NCBI GenBank assembly: GCA_965249035.1
Contig: CBDFKV010000003.1
Span: 66,814 to 130,813 of the forward strand
Direction of reading: 5' to 3'
Origin: Candidatus Poriferihabitaceae bacterium
GTDB taxonomy: Bacteria > Pseudomonadota > Gammaproteobacteria > Arenicellales > Poriferihabitantaceae
DNA length: 64,000 bases
This document shows positions 37,900 through 46,294 of the stretch, piece after piece. Numbering within the stretch: the stretch's first letter is position 1; each line of letters opens with the position of its first letter. The translations under genes were made by a program, and so were the position numbers. The notes below the pieces were generated by a model, which had not been told where the DNA came from, ran no database searches, and saw only the letters and a program-made list of their open reading frames with translations.

Positions 37900-39900
37900 G
37901 TGCATTTCGCCTTTTGTTTATATCGATATTTCCCATATTCGGGCTTGGCACGCGACTTTCTGCGTATTTTGCTGGAAGCGCGCTCGCGCGGGCATCAAGT
38001 CGATGTTTACGTCAACGAATGGCAAGGGGATAAACCTCAAGATGTTTCGATCACGACTCTAGCCGCGCAGGGTTTAACCAACCACGGCCGCAACACCAAG
38101 TTTCATCAGTCATTTCGCCGCGCCATCGCTGATAAGCAATACGATGCCGTAGTTGGTTTTAACAAAATGCCGAATTTGGATTTGTACTACGGTGCTGATT
38201 ATTGCTACGTCGCACGAGCCAAGCCCGCTTATGGGCCGATATACCGTTTAACGCCCCGCTACATTAGCCAACAAAAATTCGAGCGCAGCGTCTTTCACGC
38301 ACGGGCGACCACCACAATTTTGTCTTTGTCAGAACGAGAAAAGAGCGTATACCAGCAACATTATGGCACGCCAGAAAACCGTTTCGTATTGATGCCGCCG
38401 ACACTGGACAAAGCCCGCCGCATTACTGGCGACCCAGACGCAACACGCACAGCTAAGCGCGCAGAGCTGGGCTTGACTGCTAACGAAAAACTGGCGCTCT
38501 TTATTGGCTCTGGATTTAAAACCAAAGGCTTGGATCGTGCGATTGAAGCAATCAATAAATTACCTGAAGCGCTTAAAACGCAGACACGCTTATACGTGGT
38601 TGGTCAGGACAATACACAGCCCTACGAGCAACAAATTGCCCGGCTCGGCTTGAGCGAAAAAGTACGGTTCTTAGGTGGCCGATCAGACGTGCCCGAATTG
38701 ATGCTGGCTGGTGATGTATTGGTGCACCCAGCCTACAGTGAAAACACCGGCACCGTCATTTTGGAGGCCATCATTACTGGCTTGCCAGTCATCGCCACCG
38801 ATGTGTGTGGCTATGCCAATCACATTGACCGAGCAAATACTGGGATCGTGTTGCGGTCACCTTTTTCGCAAACTAAACTGAATGCGGATCTATTGTCGAT
38901 ATTGACCTCTCACCGCGCAGAAGAATGGCGTCAAAGCGGTCGCAACTATGGGCAAAACCCAGATTTGTTTCAGATGCCAGAAACCGCCGTTGATGCGATC
39001 GAAGCCTGGGTAAAGCAACAACGTGCCACCGCCCATCTACCCCATACCGACTTACCTGACGGAGAGCACATTTATTTGGCGCCGGAGCTAGCTGACGCCT
39101 ATCCTACACCGGCTGATATGGAAACGATTTTGCAAACCAATGGTGAAATTGTCCGTGAAGCTCCCAATCGCCGTACGCTACGTTTTAATCACAAAGGCAA
39201 TAATTACTATCTAAAAGCGCACACCGGCGTTGGTTGGCACGAAATTGCTAAAAATTTGAGCTACGGGAAAATGCCCGTGATTGGCGCCCAAAATGAATGG
39301 CACGGCTTCCATCACCTCAGCCGGCTGGGAATTGATACGATCTGTGCGGCAGGCTACGGCATGGTCAGCGGTAACCCGGCGCGCCAGCATTCATTTATTA
39401 TTTCTCAAGCACTGGAAGACACGGTGAGCCTAGATATTTTTTGCGCACCGTGGGCTATCTCGCCCCCCTCAAAACCGGTTGAAATCCGCTTTAAGCGATG
39501 GCTGATTCGACGTTTGGCTGAGATTTCGCGTGATATGCACAACAGCGGTGCCAATCACCGCGACTTTTATTTAATCCATTTTCTGCTTCGCCGCGGCTAC
39601 TCCGACGGTAAACTTGACCCCGAAACCAGCCGCCTGTTTTTGATCGATTTGCACCGCATGCAGTTGCGAAAACGCACACCGGTGCGTTGGATTATCAAGG
39701 ATATCGCCGGGCTGTATTTTTCCAGTCTGGACTTTAACCTCAGCAATCGTGATTATTTTCGCTTCATGCGGGTTTACCATTCAGCCGATTTGGCTTATGC
39801 CCTTGGCAAAGAAGCCAAATTTTGGCAACAGGTAAAGCGTCGAGGTGCGCGTTTATATCAGGCAGAAGCACGACGTAAAGCACGCGGGAAAATTACTTAG
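37900..39900 (+). CDS. fusion protein: WaaG-like GT4 LPS glycosyltransferase + WaaP-like LPS core heptose kinase
   Basis: Residues 1 to ~375 begin FAFCLYRYFPYSGLARDFLRI (E. coli WaaG begins VAFCLYKYFPFGGLQRDFMRI) and carry the GT4 E-x7-E region. Residues ~400-666 are collinear with E. coli WaaP (RRTLRFNHKGNNYYLK, MPVIGAQNEW, SFIISQ, HNSGANHRDFYLIHFLL, LIDLHRMQLR, KDIAGLYFSS). It is a single ORF with no stop between the domains. Confidence 0.85.
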   Translation: MHFAFCLYRYFPYSGLARDFLRILLEARSRGHQVDVYVNEWQGDKPQDVSITTLAAQGLTNHGRNTKFHQSFRRAIADKQYDAVVGFNKMPNLDLYYGADYCYVARAKPAYGPIYRLTPRYISQQKFERSVFHARATTTILSLSEREKSVYQQHYGTPENRFVLMPPTLDKARRITGDPDATRTAKRAELGLTANEKLALFIGSGFKTKGLDRAIEAINKLPEALKTQTRLYVVGQDNTQPYEQQIARLGLSEKVRFLGGRSDVPELMLAGDVLVHPAYSENTGTVILEAIITGLPVIATDVCGYANHIDRANTGIVLRSPFSQTKLNADLLSILTSHRAEEWRQSGRNYGQNPDLFQMPETAVDAIEAWVKQQRATAHLPHTDLPDGEHIYLAPELADAYPTPADMETILQTNGEIVREAPNRRTLRFNHKGNNYYLKAHTGVGWHEIAKNLSYGKMPVIGAQNEWHGFHHLSRLGIDTICAAGYGMVSGNPARQHSFIISQALEDTVSLDIFCAPWAISPPSKPVEIRFKRWLIRRLAEISRDMHNSGANHRDFYLIHFLLRRGYSDGKLDPETSRLFLIDLHRMQLRKRTPVRWIIKDIAGLYFSSLDFNLSNRDYFRFMRVYHSADLAYALGKEAKFWQQVKRRGARLYQAEARRKARGKIT

Positions 39901-39907
39901 CGCTAAA

Positions 39908-40414
39908 TTAGGCGAAGCACTTTTCGTACCAAGCCACGTCCCAATACTGGTCAAATTTATAGCCTACCTCAGTCATGATACCGACCGATGTAAAACCAAA
40001 CCTGTGGTGCAAAGCATTAGATGCCTCGTTTGGCTGGGTGATCAACGCATAAGCGCGGTGCAGCGATTGCCTCGATAAGGCTTGTAACAAATGCTCATAC
40101 AAAGCACTCCCAACGCCTTTGCCTCCTGCTTCAGGGCTCAAGTAAATACTCACTTCCACCGAACTAGCGTAGGCTGCCTTTTTGTGTAAAGCTGCACTGC
40201 AGGCATAGCCCAGCACCGTATGCTGCGCATCCACCGCGACAAACAACTGATGCGGACTATCGGGTTTAAATTGCGTCAGCCACTCTCCGCGTTGACGCGC
40301 TGTGGTTGGCTCGATATCGAACGTAATCGCGCTGTTGGTGATGTAATGGTTATACAGTTCGGTGAGCGCGGCGATATCATTCTCGCACCCCGACCGGATA
40401 TCTATGTTGTGCAT
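39908..40414 (-). CDS. GNAT N-acetyltransferase (phosphinothricin/methionine-sulfoximine acetyltransferase-like)
   Basis: A 168-aa ORF with IRSGCENDIAALTELYNHYITNSAITFD and a GKGVGSALYEHLL acetyl-CoA loop. Confidence 0.75.
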   Translation of the reverse strand: MHNIDIRSGCENDIAALTELYNHYITNSAITFDIEPTTARQRGEWLTQFKPDSPHQLFVAVDAQHTVLGYACSAALHKKAAYASSVEVSIYLSPEAGGKGVGSALYEHLLQALSRQSLHRAYALITQPNEASNALHHRFGFTSVGIMTEVGYKFDQYWDVAWYEKCFA

Positions 40415-40500
40415 CTAACTACCCTCTCATTGGGGCATATCAATAAACCGTGACAATCTGCTAAGCTTTTCGCAGACTTTACCACCTTATCCAACCCACC

Positions 40501-41238
40501 ATGAAACGACTCCTTACCTTCCTCTTGATGCTATTGGTTTTTTCTGCGAATGCTTCAGACTTGGCCAAAGAGCAACGCTGGGCTGAGCAAGTGGTGGGTG
40601 ACCTGTTTGATGGTGAGCCAATTGCGCTCAACGCTGATAATACCAAATTCCTTGGTTTACTCACTGAAGCGGAAACCCCCAAGCCACTGGCAATACTGGT
40701 GTTACACGGCATTGGCGCCCATCCCGATTGGCCGCAAGTGGTTAACCCACTGAGGGTGCAGCTGGCTGAACTCGGTTGGACAACCCTGTCATTACAAATG
40801 CCTATTCTAGACAATGAAGCCAGCAGCGACGATTACCAGCCTTTAATGGCAGAAGTCGCTCCGCGGATCAACGCCGGCATTGCCCATCTACAACAACGTG
40901 GCTTTTCGACAGTCGCCATTGTCGCGCACAGCATGGGATCGCATATGAGCAGCTACTACCTCGCTGATAGCGCAGCTAGTGACGCGATAGTCGCCTTTGC
41001 AGGGGTGGGGATGGGAAAGGGCAATCTAAATTATCTGGATGCCATCCAACTACCGATCCTGGACTTATACGGTGAAAAAGATTTACCGGATGTGGTCGAC
41101 TTGGCCGATCAGCGCCGGCAAGCTGCCGCTAACAACAGCACTTATACCCAGCAGATGGTGCCTGATGCAGATCACTTTTTTGATGGCTTTGAAGCGTCGC
41201 TGTTAAATGCGGTGAGTGCTTGGCTAAAGGATAAATAG
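40501..41238 (+). CDS. secreted alpha/beta hydrolase family protein
   Basis: A signal peptide, the nucleophile elbow VAHSMGS, and a C-terminal DHFF (His). Confidence 0.65.
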   Translation: MKRLLTFLLMLLVFSANASDLAKEQRWAEQVVGDLFDGEPIALNADNTKFLGLLTEAETPKPLAILVLHGIGAHPDWPQVVNPLRVQLAELGWTTLSLQMPILDNEASSDDYQPLMAEVAPRINAGIAHLQQRGFSTVAIVAHSMGSHMSSYYLADSAASDAIVAFAGVGMGKGNLNYLDAIQLPILDLYGEKDLPDVVDLADQRRQAAANNSTYTQQMVPDADHFFDGFEASLLNAVSAWLKDK

Positions 41239-41403
41239 CACTCCCCTCCGCTATTTAACCGACCACCTAACTCTGATCATCAACGCCCTGATCAACGAGG
41301 AAAAGCCAGGCAGTTTTCCTGTAAATAAATAAGCCGGGTGGAAAAACCAACGCAGTTGGCCGAGTTAACATACAATCGCGGCCTTTTCATTCCGGCCAGC
41401 ACC

Positions 41404-43215
41404 ATGAATAAGCTCAGAAATATTGCCATCATCGCCCACGTCGACCATGGCAAAACCACCTTGGTTGATTGTTTGTTACAACAATCGGGTACTTTAGGTG
41501 ATCGTTTTGGGCCGGTCGAGCGGGTCATGGACGGCAGCGATCTGGAGAAAGAGCGCGGCATTACCATTCTTTCCAAGAACACCGCGCTCCGCTGGAATGA
41601 TTATCGCATCAATATCGTTGACACGCCGGGTCATGCCGATTTCGGTGGCGAAGTTGAGCGGGTCCTATCGATGGTCGATTCTGTCTTGCTGTTGGTCGAT
41701 GCAGTTGAAGGACCAATGCCACAAACTCGGTTTGTCACTCAGAAGGCGTTTGACCACGGTTTTCGCCCCATCGTCGTAGTCAATAAAATTGACCGCCATG
41801 GCGCGCGTCCCGACTGGGTGATTGATCAAACCTTTGATTTGTTTGATCGCCTCGGCGCCAGTGACGAGCAGCTGGATTTCCCCGTGGTTTACACCTCAGC
41901 GATTGAAGGCTATGCGACCTTGGACCCCAATCAGCGTGGAGACAGCATGACCCCGCTGTTTGAAGCCATTATTGAGCACGTCGATGCACCGGACGTCAAT
42001 ATTGATGCGCCGTTTCAAATGCAAATCTCTTCGATCGACTATTCCAGTTTCGTCGGCGCGATTGGCGTCGGTCGCATCCGCAATGGTCGTGTCTCCACCA
42101 ATACGCCGATTACCGTCATCGACCGCAATGGCGAAACTCGCAACTCTCGGATTTTGCAGATCATGGGCTTTCACGGGCTTGAGCGAATTGAAGTCGAAAC
42201 CGCGCAGGCCGGTGATATTGTTGCGGTTACCGGGATTGACGGCGTGTCGATTTCTGACACCATCTGCGACCGTGAACACGTTGAAGCTTTGCCGCCATTA
42301 ACGGTAGATCAGCCGACCGTTACCATCATGTTACAAGTGAACACCTCACCCTTTTCGGGCAAAGAAGGCAAATTTGTAACCTCTCGCCAGATATTGGAAC
42401 GATTGCAGCGTGAGCTGATTCATAATGTCGCTCTGCGGGTCAATTTGACCCCCGACCCCGATATTTTCGAAGTATCCGGGCGTGGCGAATTGCATTTATC
42501 GATCTTGCTCGAAAATATGCGCCGCGAAGGTTATGAAATGGCAGTATCGCGTCCGCATGTTATTTACCGTGACATAGAAGGCGTACGCTCTGAGCCTTTT
42601 GAGGACTTGAGCGTCGATGTCGAAGACACGCATCAAGGTGCGATTATGGAAGCCTTGGGCGACCGGCGCGGCGAATTACAGGACATGACCCCCGATGGCA
42701 AAGGACGGGTACGGCTGGTGTATGTCATTCCCGCGCGTGGTTTAATCGGCTTTCAGACCGAATTCCTAACCTTGACTTCAGGCACCGGCTTACTCAATCA
42801 TGTATTCAGCCACTACGGCCCCGTACTCAGCCACCAATTTGTGGGTAGACGCAACGGCGCGCTGGTATCGATGGCACAAGGCAAAGCACTCGGCTTCGCA
42901 TTATTCAACTTGCAGGAGCGCGGTCGTTTAATGATTGGGCATGGTGCAGAAGTTTATGAAGGCCAAGTGATTGGCGTCCATTCGCGCTCAAACGACTTAG
43001 TGGTTAACCCATTGAAAGGGAAGCAGTTAACCAACGTACGTGCGTCCGGAAAAGATGACGCGATTGTACTGGAGCCGCCGATCCGCCTTAGCTTGGAAGC
43101 CGCACTAGAGCTGATCGAAGATGATGAGCTGGTTGAAATCACACCCAAAAGCGTACGGGTACGGAAAAAATTTCTAAAAGAGCACGAGCGCAAGCGTGCC
43201 AGCCGTGAAAGCTAG
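41404..43215 (+). CDS. typA: translational GTPase TypA/BipA
   Basis: [33 protein letters not shown] and NKID, with an EF-G-like domain order. ATG 41404 matches the canonical N-terminus, and the GTG 41338 extension was rejected. Confidence 0.93.
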   Translation: MNKLRNIAIIAHVDHGKTTLVDCLLQQSGTLGDRFGPVERVMDGSDLEKERGITILSKNTALRWNDYRINIVDTPGHADFGGEVERVLSMVDSVLLLVDAVEGPMPQTRFVTQKAFDHGFRPIVVVNKIDRHGARPDWVIDQTFDLFDRLGASDEQLDFPVVYTSAIEGYATLDPNQRGDSMTPLFEAIIEHVDAPDVNIDAPFQMQISSIDYSSFVGAIGVGRIRNGRVSTNTPITVIDRNGETRNSRILQIMGFHGLERIEVETAQAGDIVAVTGIDGVSISDTICDREHVEALPPLTVDQPTVTIMLQVNTSPFSGKEGKFVTSRQILERLQRELIHNVALRVNLTPDPDIFEVSGRGELHLSILLENMRREGYEMAVSRPHVIYRDIEGVRSEPFEDLSVDVEDTHQGAIMEALGDRRGELQDMTPDGKGRVRLVYVIPARGLIGFQTEFLTLTSGTGLLNHVFSHYGPVLSHQFVGRRNGALVSMAQGKALGFALFNLQERGRLMIGHGAEVYEGQVIGVHSRSNDLVVNPLKGKQLTNVRASGKDDAIVLEPPIRLSLEAALELIEDDELVEITPKSVRVRKKFLKEHERKRASRES

Positions 43216-43444
43216 GGGCATCTTACGACTGTTTATCGGGCTAAATACGCAATACTGACCATTTGGCGGTTAATCCACACCTTTTAAGTGCGTACAAATA
43301 GTGGCAATTGATGCGTGTTGATGACTATAATTCAACGGCTTGGGGCTTGTTCTCGTAATTGATAGTGAACTTTAATCAGTAACTGACCAAAGTCTCTCAT
43401 AAATAACGCTCCAAAAATGTACCCTGTCAAAGGTTTTATTGGGC

Positions 43445-44527
43445 ATGCCATTGTTTGCAAGAAAAAATCGTCACGCTGTACTAGGTATTGATATCGGCAC
43501 AACTTCGTTGAAGTTGGTGCAGCTATCACGTCGTAATCATCACTGGGTGGTTGATCAATGCGCGATTTCAGCCGACGACGATTTAGTGATTGATGGCCAA
43601 ATCATCAACCCTGAACACGCCGGTTCTGCGATCAAGCAACTGGCTAAACAACACCGAATCACAGCCAAAAAGGCAGTTGCGTGTGTCGCCTATTCAGACG
43701 TACTGTGCAAAACCGTGCACACTGATTATCCGCTGCACGCACATGAACTCGCCGAGTGGGTCGAGCTGGAAGCTAATAAATTTGTGCCCTTTCCTATCGA
43801 TGAGCTGAGTGTCGACTTCGAAGTGTTGGACACCCCAACAGACCGTGGCCAAACCCTTTCAATCACCGCCTGCCGATAAAATCGGGTTGATAGCGTTGCC
43901 GAGGCGATTGACAGCGCCGGATTTGAGCCGCTTGCAGTCGATGTTGCCAATCACGCACTGCTGCGGGTCGTTGATGCGACAAGGGAACAAGAAGCAAGCC
44001 CAAAATCCCTGACGATTATTGATTTAGGGGCAGCCGCAACGCGTTGTTATGGCTACTCCGACGGTAGCTTGGTCTACCATAATGAATCACCAATAGCCGG
44101 TCGGGATTTAGTCGGTCAGGTGATGGACACCTACAGTTTAAGCCATCAACAAGCCTTGATGTGTTTCACCAGTCAGCACTTCCCTGACGATTATCAAGCG
44201 ATCATTCTAAAGCCTTATTTAAAGCAAATTCTGGCTGATATTGAACGTAGCCTACAAGCATTTGACAGCCTAGAGAGTAGTTTAGGGCACGACTTGGGAA
44301 ATGGCCCAGGAACTGATGACAGTGGTAAACCGATAGTTTTGGTCGGCGGGCTTACGCGCATTCACGGGCTCGACCAAGCCATTGCAAAAAAAACCCAACG
44401 CGATGTGAAAACACTGAGTGACCTGACCGGGATGACGCTGAGTAAACAATTAGATCGCAGCACCATATTACAATCTGCGCCGCAATTGGCTTTAGCGGCC
44501 GGCTTAGCGATGTGGGAGCAAGCCTGA
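43445..44527 (+). pseudogene. pilM: type IV pilus assembly ATPase-like protein PilM, interrupted by an in-frame TAA at 43877-43879
   Basis: A single reading frame encodes PilM-like sequence on both sides of one stop: ...VDFEVLDTPTDRGQTLSITACR*NRVDSVAEAIDSAGFEPLAVDV... P. aeruginosa PilM reads ...IDFEVQG...[23 protein letters not shown] at the same place, so the stop replaces the conserved Lys. Confidence 0.8.
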
Positions 44528-45111
44528 TGGCGACCAACTTATTGCCCTGGCGCGAAGACCAGCGGCGCAAACAAAATCAATCATTGCTTGGGTTTGCCAT
44601 CGTGTTTTGGTTGGTCTGCCTGGGGATGGCATTTGCGCTATACGCCAATGCCAAATCGCGTGAGGCCGATCAGATCACGCGGGTCGAGTACTTGCAGCAA
44701 GCGACCGCAAAACTCGATACTGAAATCAAAGATATCTCAAGCATAAAAGAAGAAAAATCAAACCTCCTTGAGCGCATCGATATCGTTCAAAGACTGCAAC
44801 ATAACCGTATGCTGATAGTACGTATTATGGACGACTTGGTACGCAAGCTACCTCCGGGCATTACCTTGGATGGCTTGAGCCGTTCGGGTGAATCAATCCT
44901 GCTCACTGGCCGGGCCACCACTAACGAGCGCGTTGCTGAGCTTATGAATCAACTGGATAGCTCACACTGGTTCGGACAGTCTAGCTTGGATATTGTCAAA
45001 ATTGCCGATAAAGATGGTCATGAGTTACGCGCTTTCGAGCTTAAAATCACTGAGAAAAAGCCCAACGATATGCTGGATGCTGAGTCTTTGGCAGCGGGAG
45101 CGAGCCAATGA
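44527..45111 (+). CDS. pilN: type IV pilus assembly protein PilN
   Basis: MATNLLPWREDQRR followed by one TM helix. The start overlaps the pilM stop (TGATG). Confidence 0.88.
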   Translation: MATNLLPWREDQRRKQNQSLLGFAIVFWLVCLGMAFALYANAKSREADQITRVEYLQQATAKLDTEIKDISSIKEEKSNLLERIDIVQRLQHNRMLIVRIMDDLVRKLPPGITLDGLSRSGESILLTGRATTNERVAELMNQLDSSHWFGQSSLDIVKIADKDGHELRAFELKITEKKPNDMLDAESLAAGASQ

Positions 45112-45743
45112 ATCAAAACAGCGCATTTGCCGGATGGCGAGACATAGACTCCAGCGATATTAGCTCATGGCCAATTTCGATCAAGCTGGTCGGCACTCTT
45201 TTAGTGGGTTTAGCCATCATCGGAATTAGTTATTTTTTGGTCGTCGCCAACGCGAAGGCACGCTATCAGGCGGCCACGGCTCAAGAAACATCACTCAGGG
45301 CGGAATTCCAGCAAAAACACCAACAAGCCGCCAATCTGCCACAGTATCAGCAGCAATTGGCTGAAGTCAGACTGCGTTATCAGGCATTGTTACAGAAATT
45401 GCCCAACAAAACAGAAGTGCCTGCACTGTTAACTGCCATTTCTGATGCGGGCACAAGCAATGGCTTGCAATTCAAAGAATTTCGCCCCGCAGCACCGGTG
45501 GAAACCGCTTTTTTTAAGACCATTCCCATTGAGGTTAAAACCGTGGGGACCTATCACCAACTTGCGCGTTATATCAGTAATATTGCGAATTTCCAAAGGA
45601 TCGTTTCGGTGGGTGACTTGAGTTTGAGCCGCGCTCAATCAAGCCAAAGCAATCTTCCATCTGAGCTGAATTTAGACGCAGATTTAGTCACCTATCTATA
45701 TCAACCAGAAAGCGATACCGTGCCTAAGGACAGTCGGCCATGA
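45108..45743 (+). CDS. pilO: type IV pilus assembly protein PilO
   Basis: A 211-aa ORF with one TM helix and a coiled coil, then the block IPIEVKTVGTYHQLARYISNIANFQRIV. It has an ATGA overlap with pilN. Confidence 0.88.
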   Translation: MNQNSAFAGWRDIDSSDISSWPISIKLVGTLLVGLAIIGISYFLVVANAKARYQAATAQETSLRAEFQQKHQQAANLPQYQQQLAEVRLRYQALLQKLPNKTEVPALLTAISDAGTSNGLQFKEFRPAAPVETAFFKTIPIEVKTVGTYHQLARYISNIANFQRIVSVGDLSLSRAQSSQSNLPSELNLDADLVTYLYQPESDTVPKDSRP

Positions 45744-46282
45744 AACCTTCGGCACTGAACTATCTACTCAGCATCACAACACTCATGCTCCTTAGCGCCT
45801 GCAGTGAGCCGCGTGGAATTGGTGATTTACAAGCATTCACCCAACAGCCACCTAATACCAATGAGCTAAGTGTAGACATAGCGCCATTAGCGGCTACAAT
45901 GCCACTACAAACATTCAGTTACGCCGCAGAGGGCATCGCCGACCCGTTTGATGAATCAAACATTATCGAGCGGATTGCAGCAGTGCCAAAAACAATGCTC
46001 GCAGCGCTGCCCGATGACGGCAGGCCTCGACAAGCCTTGGAAGCATACGAATTAAAGTCGTTAGTTATGTCTGGAACGCTCAGCCAAAACGGCAAAAAAT
46101 GGGCCCTGATTACGGCACCTGACGATAGAGTGTACCGAGTTACCCTCGGTAACTATGCGGGTACGCATATTGGTAAAATCATTGCGATTACCGATGCCGA
46201 AGTCACGTTGGAAGAAACCGTGCGTGCCGCTGAAACAGGCGGCTGGGTTACACGCACTAGCCGCATTGAGATTGCGAGATAA
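45740..46282 (+). CDS. pilP: type IV pilus assembly lipoprotein PilP
   Basis: Lipobox LLSAC, and the C-terminal PilP beta-domain LKSLVMSGTL...ALITAPDDRVYRVTLGNYAG...GKIIAITDAEVTLEE. Confidence 0.88.
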   Translation: MKPSALNYLLSITTLMLLSACSEPRGIGDLQAFTQQPPNTNELSVDIAPLAATMPLQTFSYAAEGIADPFDESNIIERIAAVPKTMLAALPDDGRPRQALEAYELKSLVMSGTLSQNGKKWALITAPDDRVYRVTLGNYAGTHIGKIIAITDAEVTLEETVRAAETGGWVTRTSRIEIAR

Positions 46283-46294
46283 CGTTGTGGGATA

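Noticed and set aside
41338-41403. A GTG-initiated 22-aa N-terminal extension of typA. There are similar upstream extensions for gmhB (3261), cmoA (34759) and galE (36844).
   Set aside because: The homologue N-termini I remember begin at the internal Met in each case. The shorter starts also remove gene overlaps or sit behind a better RBS.
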